Below are positions 19,215 to 20,596 of a stretch of 20,596 nucleotides of DNA, in pieces. A program made the position numbers and the translations under genes. The number at the start of each line of letters is the position of its first letter. Position 1 is the stretch's first letter. The stretch is from Chthoniobacteraceae bacterium (GTDB taxonomy: Bacteria > Verrucomicrobiota > Verrucomicrobiia > Chthoniobacterales > Chthoniobacteraceae), in assembly GCA_040081625.1 (NCBI GenBank), contig JBEBGD010000097.1:1-20596 (forward strand), read 5' to 3'. Below the pieces are notes generated by a model. The model had not been told where the DNA came from and did no database searches. It saw nothing but the letters and a program-made list of their open reading frames with translations.

Positions 19215-20596
19215 TCCCGGAACCCACGCGGCGCCAACGCCGGCGTCGTAGCGACGGTGACCGGAGCCCCGCGAAGCACGCGGCGCTCGTCGTCTTCGCG
19301 TTGCTCGTCACGCTCGGGCCGCTCGCGTTCGGCGCGGTCGATCGCGTCGTGCAGATCGCGCTGACGGGGTTGCTTGGGATCGGCATGTTGCTCGTGCCGC
19401 CGCGCGTCATCCTCATGTCCGCATGGATCAGTCGCGCGTTGCTGGCGCTGACGGCGCTCGTCGTCCTCAAGGAAGTCGCGCCTGCGGGATGGTTCGGCGC
19501 GGTTGGCTGGCGCACGACGGTCGAGCAATCGTTCGGCCTCGCGCTGCCGTGGACGCATCATCCCGAAGCGGGGCGCGCATTCGATGGCTGGCTTGCGGGT
19601 GCCGTTGCTGTCGGTTGGTTCGCATGGGTGCGCACGCTTGCAGCTGAACGCGAAGACCGGATGCGGCTCGCGTGGGTGATGTTGATCGGCGCGGCGCTCA
19701 TCGCTGCCGTGTCCTTCGGCACCGCGACCAGCACGGAGTCGAAGATGATCCTCGGCCTGCGTTACAGCTCCGGCTGGATCGGCTTCGGGCCGTTCCCGAA
19801 TCGCAACCATTCCGCGTGTTACTTCGCGATGGCCGCGATCCTCGGCGCGGGTTGCGTCGCGCGTTCCGGCGAGCACAGGCGCTTCGTGTGGCTCGCGCTC
19901 GGCGCGCTCATGCTCGGTGGCGTGCTTCTCGCGCTGCTGCGGACGCAATCGCGTGGCGGTATCGTCGCGCTTGGCGCGGGGTTCGCCATTTTCCTCGGCA
20001 TTGTCCTGTTGAAGCTACGCAGTCGCAAGGTGCTCGCAGTCGCGGTTGCATCGGCGCTTCTCATCGGCGGCCTCGGGCTGCTCGCGGGCGGCAAGACGCT
20101 CCAACGCATCGCGGGCACAGGTCAGGCGATGGATGAGTCGGCCTCGGCGCGCGTGGCGATCTGGAAGAACGCGGCCACGATGTGGCACGACGCGCCGCTG
20201 CTCGGGCATGGCCTCGGCGCGTTCGCGTCCGTCTTTCCGGTGTATCAGCAGATCGCGCTCGAAGAAGTCACCGTGAAGCATCCCGAGAGCAGTTGGCTGC
20301 AATGGCTGACCGAACTCGGTCTCGTGCCGGTCCTGCTCGGCGCGCTCGCTGCGCTGGGCTTTGCGTTGCCGAATCTCACTTCACTCTTCGAGCGGCAGTC
20401 CGGTTTTTTCATCCGGGCGGCGGCCTTTGGTGCGGTGGCGGCACTGCTCGCGCACGCCGTCTTCGATGTGCCCGCGCACCGCTGGGGCACCGCCGGCTTC
20501 GCGCTCGCCGCGCTGGCGCTGGCGTGTCCCGCATCGTCCGAGGGACCGCGCGCACCGCGACTGGCCGCGCTCGTGCCGCTCGGCGTCGCTGGTTTC
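19199..20596 (+). CDS. O-antigen ligase / Wzy_C family membrane protein, 3'-truncated by the window end (absent from the ORF track)
   Basis: Open frame from ATG 19199 (MADELIPEP..., overlapping the previous gene by 16 nt) to the window end. Many TM helices, GPFPNRNH, TQSRGG, R.AIW, PLLG.GLG.F, HPESSWLQWL.ELG. Confidence 0.88.
   Translation, partial: MADELIPEPTRRQRRRRSDGDRSPAKHAALVVFALLVTLGPLAFGAVDRVVQIALTGLLGIGMLLVPPRVILMSAWISRALLALTALVVLKEVAPAGWFGAVGWRTTVEQSFGLALPWTHHPEAGRAFDGWLAGAVAVGWFAWVRTLAAEREDRMRLAWVMLIGAALIAAVSFGTATSTESKMILGLRYSSGWIGFGPFPNRNHSACYFAMAAILGAGCVARSGEHRRFVWLALGALMLGGVLLALLRTQSRGGIVALGAGFAIFLGIVLLKLRSRKVLAVAVASALLIGGLGLLAGGKTLQRIAGTGQAMDESASARVAIWKNAATMWHDAPLLGHGLGAFASVFPVYQQIALEEVTVKHPESSWLQWLTELGLVPVLLGALAALGFALPNLTSLFERQSGFFIRAAAFGAVAALLAHAVFDVPAHRWGTAGFALAALALACPASSEGPRAPRLAALVPLGVAGF

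Overview
GC-rich (roughly two-thirds G+C by eye) bacterial chromosomal segment. Gene content and repeat style suggest a PVC-superphylum organism, probably Verrucomicrobia (inference only). In order: a REP/REPIN-like multi-hairpin repeat, hisD (-), a hexamer-periodic 28-bp inverted repeat, an LprI/DUF1311 protein (+), a KamA-family radical SAM aminomutase (+), a VF530/DUF2132 protein and an ARC/Mpa-type proteasomal AAA+ ATPase (-, translationally coupled), a divergent GH25 muramidase (+), a DUF4142-like secreted protein (-), a YfiR / HAMP histidine kinase / REC-PAS-HK-REC hybrid kinase operon (+), tRNA-Cys(GCA), rlmN (-), topoisomerase IV parE-parC (+), a Golvesin/xanthan-lyase CBD-like protein (+), a WecA/MraY-family transferase and a truncated O-antigen ligase-family gene (+). 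No transposase, integrase or CRISPR array is visible. The best leads are the stand-alone ARC ATPase lacking the C-terminal HbYX/GQYL motif and coupled to a small VF530 protein, the YfiR wired to an output-less two-kinase relay, the GH25 with altered active-site residues, two classes of palindromic repeat, a sigma54-type promoter with a coupled 24-codon uORF, and recurring leaderless gene starts.
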